Assembly (NCBI GenBank): GCA_026709025.1
Contig: JAPOTT010000032.1
Location: forward strand, 92,803-156,802
Reading direction: 5' to 3'
Source of the DNA: a bacterium
Lineage (GTDB): Bacteria; Actinomycetota; Acidimicrobiia; Acidimicrobiales; Bin134
Length of the DNA: 64,000 nucleotides
Made by a program: the position numbers and the translations under genes. The notes under the pieces were generated by a model, which searched no databases, had not been told where the DNA came from, and saw only the letters and a list, made by a program, of their open reading frames with translations. The number at the start of each line of letters is the position of its first letter. The first letter of the stretch is position 1. Positions 15,303-25,897 of the stretch are shown piece after piece.

Positions 15303-16772
15303 TTATCCAACCTGTATCGGGTAGTTGCCGGTTAAACACGCATTGCAAAAACCCTCGGCTGCGGCCCCGGTAGCTTCCGTTAGCCCATCTAAAGAAATAA
15401 AGGCCAAGGTGTCGGCCCCTACATACTCACGTATCTGCTCTGTTGTGAGGCGCGCGGCCAACAGCTCAGAACGATCTCCTGTGTCCATGCCAAAAAAACA
15501 TGGCCAGCGATAGGGCGGAGAGCTTATACGCAAATGAACCTCAGCCGCACCAGCTTCACGCAGCATCTCTACTAGAGCCCTCGTTGTCGTGCCGCGCACG
15601 ATGGAATCATCTACAACCACCAAACGATTGCCCGCAATACTGCTACGCAAAGGATTCAACTTCATTCGTACCCCCAAAGCACGCATCTTTTGGCTTGGAG
15701 CAATAAACGTGCGTCCGATATAGCGGTTCTTCACCAGTCCTTGGCCGTAAGGAATGCTGCTAGCACGCGAAAAACCCTCGGCTGCTGGCAACCCCGACTC
15801 TGGAACCCCCATCACCAAATCAGCTTCCACTGGAGACTGCTTAGCCAATAACTCCCCCATTCGTACCCGAGCGTGATGCACGCTTTGGCCGTACAGAACA
15901 GAATCAGGGCGCGAAAAATAGACGAACTCAAAGATACACATTCGGGGATCCACCTGCTCTTTGGGGAACGGCCACAAAGAGGTTACTCCCTCTTCATCGA
16001 TCACCACCATCTCCCCTGGGGCTAGCTCCCTCACAAACTGAGCACCCACAATATCTAATGCGGGGGTCTCTGAAGCCAGCACCCAGCCCGTTTCTAAGCG
16101 CCCCAAACAAAGCGGCCTGAAGCCGTTTGGGTCTCGCACCCCAATCACTTGGTGCTGATCAGCTAACACCAGTGAATAAGCCCCCTGCAATAGGGGTAAA
16201 ACTGCACCCAGTGCTCGCACCAAAACCCCGTCAGCACACAGCTGGGTAGCAGACATCGCCCCGATCTCCATCGCCAACAACTCACCAATGAGATCGCTGT
16301 CGGACCCCACCATGTTGGGCAAAATGGCAGTGGCTGTAGCCAGCTCTTTTGTGTTAGTGAGGTTGCCATTGTGACCTAGCACAAACTGCTGATCCGCAAT
16401 GCTGCGAAACACCGGCTGAGCGTTGCTCCACGAACTAGACCCAGCTGTGGAATAACGGGTGTGACCGATGCCCAACACACCATCCAATGTGGCTAAGGTG
16501 CGGTCGTCAAACACAGTAGCCACTAAGCCCATGTCTTTAACTACGGTGATGTTTTCCCCGTCACTAACCGCAATGCCTGCAGACTCTTGACCCCTGTGCT
16601 GTAGCGCATACAGCGCTAGGTAACTTAGATGGGACACGGGTTCACTAGGGGCATAAATGCCCACCACCCCACAAGCCTCACCGGGTGCCTCATGGAGCAC
16701 CGTGCCGGATACATCTGGTTCTAGTACATCTGGTTCCAGATCATCCAACAGCACCTCAGCCACAGCTCGCAC
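15303..16772 (-). CDS. purF: Amidophosphoribosyltransferase
   Basis: The Ntn catalytic Cys is in 'ACGVVGIYA' and the PRPP loop is 'LVVVDDSIVRGTT'. The true start is probably the GTG near 16700, which would leave a short propeptide; the ORF maximum is 16772. Confidence 0.95.
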   Translation of the reverse strand: MRAVAEVLLDDLEPDVLEPDVSGTVLHEAPGEACGVVGIYAPSEPVSHLSYLALYALQHRGQESAGIAVSDGENITVVKDMGLVATVFDDRTLATLDGVLGIGHTRYSTAGSSSWSNAQPVFRSIADQQFVLGHNGNLTNTKELATATAILPNMVGSDSDLIGELLAMEIGAMSATQLCADGVLVRALGAVLPLLQGAYSLVLADQHQVIGVRDPNGFRPLCLGRLETGWVLASETPALDIVGAQFVRELAPGEMVVIDEEGVTSLWPFPKEQVDPRMCIFEFVYFSRPDSVLYGQSVHHARVRMGELLAKQSPVEADLVMGVPESGLPAAEGFSRASSIPYGQGLVKNRYIGRTFIAPSQKMRALGVRMKLNPLRSSIAGNRLVVVDDSIVRGTTTRALVEMLREAGAAEVHLRISSPPYRWPCFFGMDTGDRSELLAARLTTEQIREYVGADTLAFISLDGLTEATGAAAEGFCNACLTGNYPIQVG

Positions 16773-18984
16773 CTGACTGTGCGACTTGGCCTAATAGTGG
16801 TGCGTTCCAGCGGGCCAAAACGTCTGTTAGCTCTAAATCCAACAAACCTTTGATGGAAAAACGCTGCCCTGTGGCCAGACCAATCCGCGTTAGCGGCACC
16901 TCAGCAGCAAGAGCAGCGGCCTCCACTGCTCCTAACATATCGGGGTGTACCGCCACTAAAACCCGTGAGGGTGCTTCCCCAAAAAGCTGCTCCAGGTTGT
17001 GGATTCGGGCACCCATAAAACCCACCTCAGCATGAGCCGACATCTCGGCCAGTGCTACTCCCAAACCACCACTAGAAACATCGTGAACAGCAGAAATCAA
17101 ACCCCCTGCTACCAGCTTGCGAACCAAATCGGCCACACAAAGGTGCCGGGTGTAATCCAGTTCCGCCAAAGACCCTGCTACAGCACCACCAGATTTCGCG
17201 GCCCACAGTGAGCCAGCTAAAGACCCTTCTAAATCAACCGAAAAAGCCCCTAACAGCACCACCCTGTCACCCTCATTCCACGCTAAATCACAAGGAACGC
17301 TGCTCAAGTTGTCTGTCACACCCAACAAACCAACCACAGGGCTGGGATGAATGTTGCGCCCCTGCGATTCGTTATAGAGACTTACATTGCCTCCCACCAC
17401 CGGCACACCAAAGGTATTAGCAGCTGTGGCTAACCCATCTATAGCTTCAGAAAGCTGCCACATAACCTCGGGGTTCTCAGGGTTACCGAAGTTCAAACAG
17501 TTCACCAGCGCTAAAGGACGAGCCCCCACGCAAGCCAGGTTCAACACCGACTCGGCCACAATCATCTCGGTGCCTGCACGCGGGTCGACTGAACACCAAC
17601 GCTGATTACCATCGGTGGTTATGGCCAGCCCTCTGCCGGTGTCGACACCGCTAACAGGATGCTTGAGTCGCAACAAGCAAGCATCTGCCCCAGGGCCTAC
17701 CACGGTGTTACAAAACAACATGTGGTCGTACTGCCGGTATACCCAGACAGGATTGGCCAGTAACTCCAACAGCTCAGAGCCCAGATCTAACTGAGACCTA
17801 TCGGGGGGCGTTGGTTGATCTTCCAAGCGAGTAACTGCTGGAGCTTTGAGAGGTCTGTCGTAAAGCGGGGCATCCTCATGCAGCGAAGCCGCTGGCAATT
17901 CGGCGAGCACTGGCCCATCCATGCCGTTGCGTACCCGTAGCAGCCCGCTAGCAGTTACGCGGCCAACCACCGCAGTTTGAACATCCCAACGCTCGCAAAT
18001 AGCTTCTACATCACATAGCGATGCGGGTTCCACTATCACCAACATTCGCTCCTGCGATTCGCTGGTCATCACCTCAAAAGGTTCCATACCTTTTTCTCGC
18101 AGTGGAACTACAGATACATCTACATCCATACCCATGCCACCTCGAGACGCGGTTTCACTAGTTGCACAAGTTAATCCAGCACCGCCGAGATCTTGAACGC
18201 CTACAACAAAACCGCCATCTATTAGAGCCAAACAAGCCTCAATCAAACGCTTTTCGGTAAAAGGATCACCCACTTGCACGCTGGGGCGCTTTTGGGCTTC
18301 TTGACGATCATCAGCCCCAAAAGATGCAGATGCCAACACGCTCACACCACCGATGCCATCTCGACCTGTAGATGACCCAAGCAAAACCGCTAAGTTGCCT
18401 TCTCCGCTAGCTTGCCCAAGCACCAAACGCTCTTTAGGCATAAGCCCCACACACATTACGTTCACCAAAGGGTTGCCAGAATATGTGGCATCAAACGAGA
18501 TTTCTCCCCCCAAAGTTGGAACACCCACAGCGTTGCCGTAACCAGAAATGCCCGACACCACTCCTTCGGCTATCCACCGATTGCGGAGATTCTCAGCCGG
18601 GCCAAACCTAAGCGCATCTAATAATGCAATCGGACGCGCCCCCATAGTGAAGATGTCCCGAATAATTCCACCTACTCCCGTAGCTGCACCTTGATATGGC
18701 TCTATAGCTGACGGGTGATTGTGGCTTTCAATGCGAAGAGCCACCGCAATGTCGTCACCAACATCTACCACTCCAGCGTTCTCTCCCGGGCCTACTAATA
18801 CCCAAGGTGCCTCGCTAGGAAGTCGCTTTAGATGTAACCGAGAAGACTTGTAGGAACAATGTTCAGACCACATAACTGCATACATCGCCAATTCCAAATG
18901 GTTCGGCGAACGGCCCAATATGCGTTCAATTGATGCTGCTTCTTCGTCTGTCAACCCCAAAGATCGATGCAAGGGCTCGCTCAT
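16756..18984 (-). CDS. purL: Phosphoribosylformylglycinamidine synthase subunit PurL (FGAM synthase II)
   Basis: 742 aa with 'MWSEHCSYKSS' and 'ESHNHPSAIEPYQGAATGVGG'. Confidence 0.96.
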   Translation of the reverse strand: MSEPLHRSLGLTDEEAASIERILGRSPNHLELAMYAVMWSEHCSYKSSRLHLKRLPSEAPWVLVGPGENAGVVDVGDDIAVALRIESHNHPSAIEPYQGAATGVGGIIRDIFTMGARPIALLDALRFGPAENLRNRWIAEGVVSGISGYGNAVGVPTLGGEISFDATYSGNPLVNVMCVGLMPKERLVLGQASGEGNLAVLLGSSTGRDGIGGVSVLASASFGADDRQEAQKRPSVQVGDPFTEKRLIEACLALIDGGFVVGVQDLGGAGLTCATSETASRGGMGMDVDVSVVPLREKGMEPFEVMTSESQERMLVIVEPASLCDVEAICERWDVQTAVVGRVTASGLLRVRNGMDGPVLAELPAASLHEDAPLYDRPLKAPAVTRLEDQPTPPDRSQLDLGSELLELLANPVWVYRQYDHMLFCNTVVGPGADACLLRLKHPVSGVDTGRGLAITTDGNQRWCSVDPRAGTEMIVAESVLNLACVGARPLALVNCLNFGNPENPEVMWQLSEAIDGLATAANTFGVPVVGGNVSLYNESQGRNIHPSPVVGLLGVTDNLSSVPCDLAWNEGDRVVLLGAFSVDLEGSLAGSLWAAKSGGAVAGSLAELDYTRHLCVADLVRKLVAGGLISAVHDVSSGGLGVALAEMSAHAEVGFMGARIHNLEQLFGEAPSRVLVAVHPDMLGAVEAAALAAEVPLTRIGLATGQRFSIKGLLDLELTDVLARWNAPLLGQVAQSGASCG

Positions 18985-19157
18985 CTCATCTCACCGTACC
19001 TTGTAGATTTAGTAACCTTGAACCGCACAAACAGATCAGATACCAAATTATTAGCACAGTTGTTGGCTTTGGTTTGAAACCCAGCAATACAGACGTGTAG
19101 GTTAAAGTCATTGCAGCAAAAGCTGCTTAAAAAGCTCAACTGTATCAAGGAGAAATA

Positions 19158-19556
19158 ATGGTATCTGAGGAAGCTAAAGATGCGCGAGCATACGGCCAAG
19201 CCCAAGGACGCACGGTAAGCCGTTACCTGAATGCGCTGGATCAAAGCAAGCCCAAGAGTGGTCGCAAGCGCTCTGTGGAGAAGATCCAGGCACGGGTAAC
19301 AGAGCTTCCTAACGAAATTGCTCAAGCCAAGCCCCTCAAGCGAGTTCATCTAATCCAAGAACTCATGGATTTAGAAGCTGAGCTAGCTAGCGACACAAAT
19401 CCGGTAGACATCAGCGTTACTGAAAACGACTTCATCGCTATTGCTGCCGAATACAGCGGGCGCAAGGGCATTTCTTATGCCGCTTGGCGTGAGGTTGGGG
19501 TGCCAGCAAGCGTGCTGAAGTCCGCAGGCATCTCTCGGGCTGTAGCCACCGACTAA
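19158..19556 (+). CDS. Hypothetical K/R-rich protein, encoded opposite to and embedded in the pur cluster
   Basis: 132-aa ORF with a strong SD (AAGGAGAAATA-ATG). Its 3' end overlaps the purQ 3' end by 4 nt. I recognise no family. Confidence 0.55.
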   Translation: MVSEEAKDARAYGQAQGRTVSRYLNALDQSKPKSGRKRSVEKIQARVTELPNEIAQAKPLKRVHLIQELMDLEAELASDTNPVDISVTENDFIAIAAEYSGRKGISYAAWREVGVPASVLKSAGISRAVATD

Positions 19557-20215
19557 CCATCGCTGTTCAAACCCTTCAACAACCGAGCACCATCGGTGCT
19601 CCCTAGCAACGCATGAGCGGCTCGCTCGGGGTGGGGCATTAGCCCCACCACGTTGCCGTTTGCATTAGATATACCCGCAATATCAGCAGTGCTTCCATTT
19701 GGATTGTCTGTGTAGGTCAACACAATAGAATCGGTGGCTTGCAAATCGCACAGAGTCTGCGGCGAACACAAATAATTGCCCTCAAAGTGGTTAATGGGCA
19801 CTTGTAACTCTGTGCCCACTGCTAGATGGCGGGTTAGCACTGAGTTATTTGATTTTACTTGCAAGCTGCTGGGTTGACATAAGAACTTCAAACCCTTGTT
19901 CTTATGCAGAGCCCCCGGCAGCAGTTGAGCTTCTGTGAGTATCTGAAACCCGTTACAGATGCCAACTACTGGCCCGCCTTGGTGAGCAAACTTCGTAACT
20001 GCTGTCATAATAGGTGAAAAGCGAGCCATGGCCCCGGTACGCAGATAATCACCATGGGCAAACCCTCCGGGTAGTACCACTGCGTCTATGTTTCCCAAAC
20101 TGTTGTCTTTGTGCCATACCAAACGCCCCTCGATGCCTACTTCGCCTAGCGCGCCAACCACGTCTTGTTCACAATTTGAGCCTGGAAAAACTACTACACC
20201 CACTACCGTTGTCAT
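19553..20215 (-). CDS. purQ: FGAM synthase glutamine amidotransferase subunit PurQ
   Basis: 220 aa with 'LPGGFAHGDYLR', the nucleophile 'GICNGFQIL', and 'MPHPERA'. The start overlaps the purS stop (ATGA). Confidence 0.95.
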   Translation of the reverse strand: MTTVVGVVVFPGSNCEQDVVGALGEVGIEGRLVWHKDNSLGNIDAVVLPGGFAHGDYLRTGAMARFSPIMTAVTKFAHQGGPVVGICNGFQILTEAQLLPGALHKNKGLKFLCQPSSLQVKSNNSVLTRHLAVGTELQVPINHFEGNYLCSPQTLCDLQATDSIVLTYTDNPNGSTADIAGISNANGNVVGLMPHPERAAHALLGSTDGARLLKGLNSDG

Positions 20216-20502
20216 TGTTCACCCCTGCTGTCAACAACCTGAATGAATGCCTCCTCAATAACGGGGTTGGTTAACAAACGCTCACACATCGCCTCAACTT
20301 GTTGTAGAGCGCTGGCGGCATTGGCAGCTTGTATCGTCAAGCGCAAGTTCTTTGCAACCCGAACTTCTGTGACCTCCACAAACCCCAAAGACAACAAAGC
20401 CTGTTGTATGGTTTGCCCTTCAGGGTCGGCAATACCGTCTCGCAGCGCTACTTCAACATGAATGCAATACTGGACAAGGTCTTGTGAGGCATCTTTGTTC
20501 AC
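20212..20502 (-). CDS. purS: FGAM synthase subunit PurS
   Basis: Small ORF with 'VEVALRDGIADPEGQTIQQALLSLGF', positioned before purQ. The start may lie internal to the ORF. Confidence 0.85.
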   Translation of the reverse strand: MNKDASQDLVQYCIHVEVALRDGIADPEGQTIQQALLSLGFVEVTEVRVAKNLRLTIQAANAASALQQVEAMCERLLTNPVIEEAFIQVVDSRGEQ

Positions 20503-20551
20503 CGGGTTAACAACCTTTCTTGGCGCAACAACTAAGTACTACCAACTGGCG

Positions 20552-21436
20552 TTACCGTGGCCAATCAGAAAAATTGTGGCCCGTTATTATCTCATAAGCG
20601 CTCACATAGCGTTGCTCGCTGGCAGCTATCACCTCAGATGGCAAAGGTGGAGGTGGATAGGTTTTGTCCCAGTCCAGAGTGTTCAAATAGTCACGAACCG
20701 GCTGCTTGTCATAAGAAGGTGGCGTGCTGTTGGGCTGCCAACCATCCACCGGCCAAAAGCGTGAGGAGTCTGGGGTGAGCACCTCATCTGCTACCACCAA
20801 CTTATTGTCTACCAACCCCATCTCAAACTTAGTGTCGGCAATGATAATGCCCTTTTCGGCTGCAGCCTCAGAAGCTCGGCGATACAACTCAAGCGAGGCT
20901 GTTCTAGCTTTATCAGCTAGTTCGCTGCCCACCAAAGACACGGCTTGATCGTAGGAAATGTTTTCGTCATGACCAGACTCAGCCTTCGTAGATGGCGTAA
21001 ACACCGGCTCTGGCAACTTCTCAGATTCTTGCAAGCCAGAGGGCAACTGTTGTCCATGCATGGTGCCATATTTGGAGTACTCTTTCCACGCAGACCCACT
21101 TATGTACCCCCGCACGATGCATTCAATGGGCAACATCTCGGCTTTGTGACACAACATGGTACGACCAGCCACCCCTTCTAGCTGAGCTTGCGGAGGAAAA
21201 TCGGCCAACTCAACAGAGATAAGATGGCTCGGCAACACATCGGCTAGCGCTTCAAACCAATAGACGGACATGGCCGTCAATACCCGACCTTTGTTGGGGA
21301 CAGGTTCGTGCATTACCACATCAAAAGCAGAAATACGATCGGAGGCCACCATTAGCAAGCGGCCATTTCCAGCATCGTAAATATCGCGTACCTTGCCTGA
21401 ATGCACTAGAGGTAGGGTGATCTTACAAGTGTTCAT
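20552..21436 (-). CDS. purC: SAICAR synthetase
   Basis: 294 aa with 'HSGKVRDIYD', 'SDRISAFD' and 'ADTKFEMG'. Confidence 0.95.
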   Translation of the reverse strand: MNTCKITLPLVHSGKVRDIYDAGNGRLLMVASDRISAFDVVMHEPVPNKGRVLTAMSVYWFEALADVLPSHLISVELADFPPQAQLEGVAGRTMLCHKAEMLPIECIVRGYISGSAWKEYSKYGTMHGQQLPSGLQESEKLPEPVFTPSTKAESGHDENISYDQAVSLVGSELADKARTASLELYRRASEAAAEKGIIIADTKFEMGLVDNKLVVADEVLTPDSSRFWPVDGWQPNSTPPSYDKQPVRDYLNTLDWDKTYPPPPLPSEVIAASEQRYVSAYEIITGHNFSDWPR

Positions 21437-22833
21437 AGGATGGACTCCGGAAGGTAGTGGACACTTTCAGGGTTCTCTGCAGCTAATTTGCCAGCTTGTC
21501 TAGCAAAAGCTTGAGCTTGGGCAACAGCAGCACCAGTTAGCATCACAGGATCAGCACGAATCTGCTGCATATCAGACCCACAAAGCGCCAAGCGCGAATC
21601 TACAGCAACTGCTGCAAAAAACCCTTTGCCCTTAGGAACATGCTCGGCAACTATGCTGTGAGCTCGTTCACGTCCCACGCCCCGAGCTACTGCGGCCAAC
21701 AGCACCCTAGTTGCGCTTAGCGCTGCCATGTTTTCCTGTAGTTCGGCTGCAATATCATCTTCAAAAACCTGCAGTTCGTTCAATACCACAAGGGCTGCTT
21801 CAAGCTGACCATCCAATGCCAAAAATGCCCCAGGCAAAGCAACCCTCCTAACAACCGAACAGCTCACGTCCCCCTCATTCCACTGATCTCCTAGCAACGA
21901 GCTCACCATCTGGCAATATCCGTGGAGCACCGCAGCCAAACCACAAATCCGCTCGCAAGTACGGGTATTGCGTTTACCGGGCATGGCCGATGAACCTACC
22001 TGCCCCGCCTGAAATCCCTCTGAAACCAACCCTTGTCCTGCCATTAGGCGAATGGCTTTGGCTAAGTTGGCAGGAGCCGAAGATGCCTGCACCAAAGCCG
22101 AGGTTACCTCGTAATCCAACGACCGTGGATACACCTGCCCCACGCTGTTTAGAACCTCTGTAAACCCCAACTCAGCAGCTACTCGGTTCTCCAACACATG
22201 TGCCTTGCTGCTATCACCATCTAGCAGATCCAAAATATCTTGTTGGGTGCCAACCGGGCCCTTGATCCCCCGAAACTGATAACGGCTGAGCACATCTTCT
22301 ACACGCTGCAAACCTGCTATTGCCTCAGTACCCAAGTTAGCTATGCGCTTGCCAAAAGTGGTGGCCTGCGCTGCCACGTTGTGTGTGCGCCCCACCATCA
22401 CCAAATCGGCATACTGCTCAGCGCGCTTGCCTAACGCGCATATTAGCGCTAGCAGTTTGGAGCGCACCAGCACTAAAGATCTGCGTATCTGAAGTTGTTC
22501 TATGTTCTCGGTTAGATCACGGGAGGTCATTGCCTTATGAATGTGTTCATACCCCGCAAGGGCACAGAACTCCTCAATTCGGGCCTTGACATCGTGACGA
22601 GTTACCAACTCACGCTGGCGGATGGATTCCAGATCCACCTGATCTTGCACAGCCTGATAAGCCTCAACCACCCCGGCTGGAACGTCTACGCCTAGCTCTT
22701 GTTGCGTTTTGAGCACCGCCACCCAAAGATGTCGCTCGGCTATCACCTTGCCTTCTGGCGACCACACATGCACCATTGCCGCGCTGGCATAGCGATCAGC
22801 AAGAACATCGGGAAATGGATTAGCGCTAACCAC
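21433..22833 (-). CDS. purB: Adenylosuccinate lyase
   Basis: 466 aa with the fumarate-lyase signature 'GSSAMPGKRN'. Confidence 0.95.
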   Translation of the reverse strand: MVSANPFPDVLADRYASAAMVHVWSPEGKVIAERHLWVAVLKTQQELGVDVPAGVVEAYQAVQDQVDLESIRQRELVTRHDVKARIEEFCALAGYEHIHKAMTSRDLTENIEQLQIRRSLVLVRSKLLALICALGKRAEQYADLVMVGRTHNVAAQATTFGKRIANLGTEAIAGLQRVEDVLSRYQFRGIKGPVGTQQDILDLLDGDSSKAHVLENRVAAELGFTEVLNSVGQVYPRSLDYEVTSALVQASSAPANLAKAIRLMAGQGLVSEGFQAGQVGSSAMPGKRNTRTCERICGLAAVLHGYCQMVSSLLGDQWNEGDVSCSVVRRVALPGAFLALDGQLEAALVVLNELQVFEDDIAAELQENMAALSATRVLLAAVARGVGRERAHSIVAEHVPKGKGFFAAVAVDSRLALCGSDMQQIRADPVMLTGAAVAQAQAFARQAGKLAAENPESVHYLPESIL

Positions 22834-23281
22834 CGGCTAGCTCAGCCCGGTGAACAGCGAGGCGTTCGGCCAAGCTTGCATCCGAAACTGCCAAAATCTG
22901 TATAGCCAGCAATGCAGCGTTCATAGCTCCGTTGATGGCCACTGTTGCCACTGGAATGCCCTTGGGCATCTGCACTGTGGAGTACAGGGCATCGGTGCCC
23001 CCCAGGGCACCCCCACTCAGCGGCACACCAATTACAGGTAGGGTGGTTTGCGCGGCGGTGGCACCTGCTAGATGCGCGGCCATTCCTGCGCCGCAGATGA
23101 TGACACCAAAACCATCTTGGCGGGCCTGCGTAACGAAGTTGCGTACCCGCTCAGGGGTTCGGTGAGCTGACATAACCTCAAAATGACATTCCACACCAAA
23201 CTCTTCCAATATGTCACGAGCTGCAGACATGGTATCGGTATCGCTCGCAGAACCCATGATGACGGCAACCTTCAAGCTCAT
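22826..23281 (-). CDS. purE: N5-CAIR mutase (PurE)
   Basis: '[14 protein letters not shown]' and 'GAGMAAHLAG'. The ATG at 23281 overlaps the purD stop (ATGA); the longer track ORF (to 23380) lies inside purD. Confidence 0.9.
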   Translation of the reverse strand: MSLKVAVIMGSASDTDTMSAARDILEEFGVECHFEVMSAHRTPERVRNFVTQARQDGFGVIICGAGMAAHLAGATAAQTTLPVIGVPLSGGALGGTDALYSTVQMPKGIPVATVAINGAMNAALLAIQILAVSDASLAERLAVHRAELAGG

Positions 23282-24588
23282 ATTTTTTCCCTTTCTGAGT
23301 GGGCCTCGCTGCTGCTGACAACAACCGGGGCAGCTGTAGCTACCTTTGCTATGTCCCTGCGAAAATAGCAACCCTGCCACCCAATTTGGGTGACCCCTTG
23401 ATATGCCCGTGTGCGAGCCACTTCTAAGCTAGGGCCTTGACCGGTAACGCTAAGCACACGGCCACCCGCAGTCACCAAACTGTTGCTGTGCCCAACAGGG
23501 CTTTTTGTGCCGACAGAGCTCTTAGCAGGTTGTGATGCAACTCCAGCGCAAAATACCTTTACTCCATCTTGGTGGTTTGCCGCTTCTATGCCACTGATTA
23601 CATCGCCAACTCTAGGTGTGCGGGGGTATCCCTTTGAAGCACATACCACGGTAACCGCTGCATCATCGCCATAAGCAGGCTCATGGCTAAGGCAACCCTG
23701 AGCGGCCTGTGCTAACAGCTCAGCTAGATCAGAGCGCAGTCTAGGCAGCACCACCTGTGCTTCAGGGTCGCCGAAGCGCACGTTGTACTCCAACACCTTT
23801 ATACCTTGTGGGGTGAGCATTAGCCCTGCATACAACACTCCTCGATAGTTGATGCCACGGCTACACAGAGCCGCCAAAGTGGGCAACACTGCATCAGACA
23901 TCACCTCCTGTACCATCGCGCTAGTAGCTTCTGGCACCGGCGAATAGGCCCCCATGCCTCCAGTGTTAGCACCCACATCGCCCTCACCGATGCGCTTGTA
24001 ATCCTGCGCCGGGGCTAACGCCACCGCATGTGTACCATCGCACACCGCTAACACCGACAGCTCAGGGCCGCTTAAGCCCTCTTCTATCACTATTTTTTTG
24101 CCCGCCTCCCCAAAAGCATCACCTGCCAAGTAAGCCCTGACTGCTGCTGTAGCCTCGGCCCGATCTTGGGTTACCAGCACACCCTTACCCGAAGCTAAGC
24201 CGTCTGTTTTGATCACAAACAAATCGCCCAGCGTATCCAAAAAACGCAACGCCGCAACCTCAGATGTAAAGGTGCCGTGGGCCGCTGTTGGTACTCCAGC
24301 CGATACCAACAATTCCTTCATCCACGCTTTGGATCCCTCTAAACGAGCCCCGTCAGCACCAGGACCAAAAACCAGCTTGCCTCTGCCACGCAGCTTATCG
24401 GCGAGGCCCGCTACCAGAGGAGCTTCGGGGCCAATCACATATAAATCCGCTGTAATCTCGGTAGCAGGCACAGACGTAGAACCAGCAATGCCGGGGTTAC
24501 CGGGCGTAACCACCACCTCTGCTGAGCGTCCAAGCACATGCGCCAAGGCATGTTCTCGGCCACCTGAACCTACAACACAAACCTTCAC
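23278..24588 (-). CDS. purD: Phosphoribosylamine-glycine ligase
   Basis: 436 aa with '[16 protein letters not shown]' and an ATP-grasp core. It has an unusual roughly 20-aa C-terminal tail. Confidence 0.95.
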   Translation of the reverse strand: MKVCVVGSGGREHALAHVLGRSAEVVVTPGNPGIAGSTSVPATEITADLYVIGPEAPLVAGLADKLRGRGKLVFGPGADGARLEGSKAWMKELLVSAGVPTAAHGTFTSEVAALRFLDTLGDLFVIKTDGLASGKGVLVTQDRAEATAAVRAYLAGDAFGEAGKKIVIEEGLSGPELSVLAVCDGTHAVALAPAQDYKRIGEGDVGANTGGMGAYSPVPEATSAMVQEVMSDAVLPTLAALCSRGINYRGVLYAGLMLTPQGIKVLEYNVRFGDPEAQVVLPRLRSDLAELLAQAAQGCLSHEPAYGDDAAVTVVCASKGYPRTPRVGDVISGIEAANHQDGVKVFCAGVASQPAKSSVGTKSPVGHSNSLVTAGGRVLSVTGQGPSLEVARTRAYQGVTQIGWQGCYFRRDIAKVATAAPVVVSSSEAHSEREKI

Positions 24589-25892
24589 CGTGTTGGATTT
24601 ACCAAATCAACAGTTGAACTAAAATTAATGTACTGGTGACGCTGCGGCCCTACTCCAACCAAAGAGGCAGGAACCCCAGCTTGTTCTTCAATAAAGCACA
24701 AGTAATCTTCAGCCGCCTTCGGCAACTCTGAACGACAAGCAACCCCAGAAATATCACACCCCCAGCCTGCTAACTCCTCATACACTGGCACCGCCCTATG
24801 TATGGCCGACTGATGATATGGCATTGTGTCATAACGCTCGCCATCTACTTCATAGGCCACACACACCTTAATCGTATCCAAAGTATCCAGCACGTCTAGC
24901 TTAGTGATGGCCAAATCCGACAAGGAGTTCACCCGAACTGCGTGGCGCAGCATAACCGTATCTAACCATCCGCATCGTCGCCGTCGCTTGGTGTTGGTGC
25001 CGTACTCTTGACCCACATCTACTAAATGATCGCCAACGGCATCGGTAAGCTCGCTCGGGAACGGCCCTGAACCAACCCTAGAAATGTAAGCCTTAGTAAT
25101 CCCAATTACTCGGTCGATGTAGCGAGGACCAATGCCCGCACCCACGCACACCCCACCGGCAATCGGATTAGAAGAAGTTACAAACGGATAGGTGCCATGA
25201 TCTAAATCTAGGTACATGGCTTGAGCACCCTCAAACAGCACGTTTTGGCCGTGTTCCAAACCCTGATGCAAAAGCCCCACGGTATCGCCAATATGAGGTT
25301 TAAGAAGCGGACCACACTCATCCAAGTACTGCTCAGCAATGGCCTCTAAATCAAAAGGCAGGCGGTTATAAACCTTCGCAAACAAGGGATTTCTCTCATG
25401 CAAAACCATGGCTAACTTTTCGCGAAAGATCTTCGGATCTAGCAAGTCTTGAACCCGCAAGCCCACCCGAGCTGCTTTGTCGGCATAAGCCGGGCCAATA
25501 CCTCTTTTGGTTGTACCCAACTTGTTGGAGCCCAAATGCCGTTCTGCCATCACATCGAGGGCCTGATGATAGGGAAAGATCAAATGTGCATTGCCACTTA
25601 CCACCAACTTAGAACAGTCCACACCCGCAGCGCTCAAACGCTTGATCTCCTCTAAAAGCACCACCGGATCTACCACTACACCGTTTGCAATCATTGGAGT
25701 AATATGAGGGTACAACACCCCACTTGGCACCAACTGAAGCTTAAAGGTGTTCCCTTCCACCACTAGGGTGTGCCCGGCGTTGTGCCCACCCTGATAGCGC
25801 ACAACCATATCCATATCCTGAGCCAAAAGATCGGTGAACTTGCCTTTGCCTTCGTCACCCCATTGTGTACCTACAACAACCGTGGTTCCCAT
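24585..25892 (-). CDS. purA: Adenylosuccinate synthetase
   Basis: 435 aa with '[11 protein letters not shown]', 'GGHNAGHT' and '[11 protein letters not shown]'. Confidence 0.96.
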   Translation of the reverse strand: MGTTVVVGTQWGDEGKGKFTDLLAQDMDMVVRYQGGHNAGHTLVVEGNTFKLQLVPSGVLYPHITPMIANGVVVDPVVLLEEIKRLSAAGVDCSKLVVSGNAHLIFPYHQALDVMAERHLGSNKLGTTKRGIGPAYADKAARVGLRVQDLLDPKIFREKLAMVLHERNPLFAKVYNRLPFDLEAIAEQYLDECGPLLKPHIGDTVGLLHQGLEHGQNVLFEGAQAMYLDLDHGTYPFVTSSNPIAGGVCVGAGIGPRYIDRVIGITKAYISRVGSGPFPSELTDAVGDHLVDVGQEYGTNTKRRRRCGWLDTVMLRHAVRVNSLSDLAITKLDVLDTLDTIKVCVAYEVDGERYDTMPYHQSAIHRAVPVYEELAGWGCDISGVACRSELPKAAEDYLCFIEEQAGVPASLVGVGPQRHQYINFSSTVDLVNPTR

Positions 25893-25897
25893 AACCC

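Noticed and set aside
16711-16740. 15-bp tandem duplication (acatctggttcYag x2) that encodes 'LEPDV LEPDV' if the longest purF ORF is used
   Set aside because: It probably lies in the purL-purF junction upstream of the real purF start (GTG near 16700). It is a slippage scar with no evident function.
18981-19349. 122-aa minus-strand ORF between purQ and purL
   Set aside because: It overlaps the SD-preceded plus-strand ORF 19158..19556 and the purL upstream region. Its composition is Leu/Cys/Phe-rich and non-coding-like, and it has no RBS.
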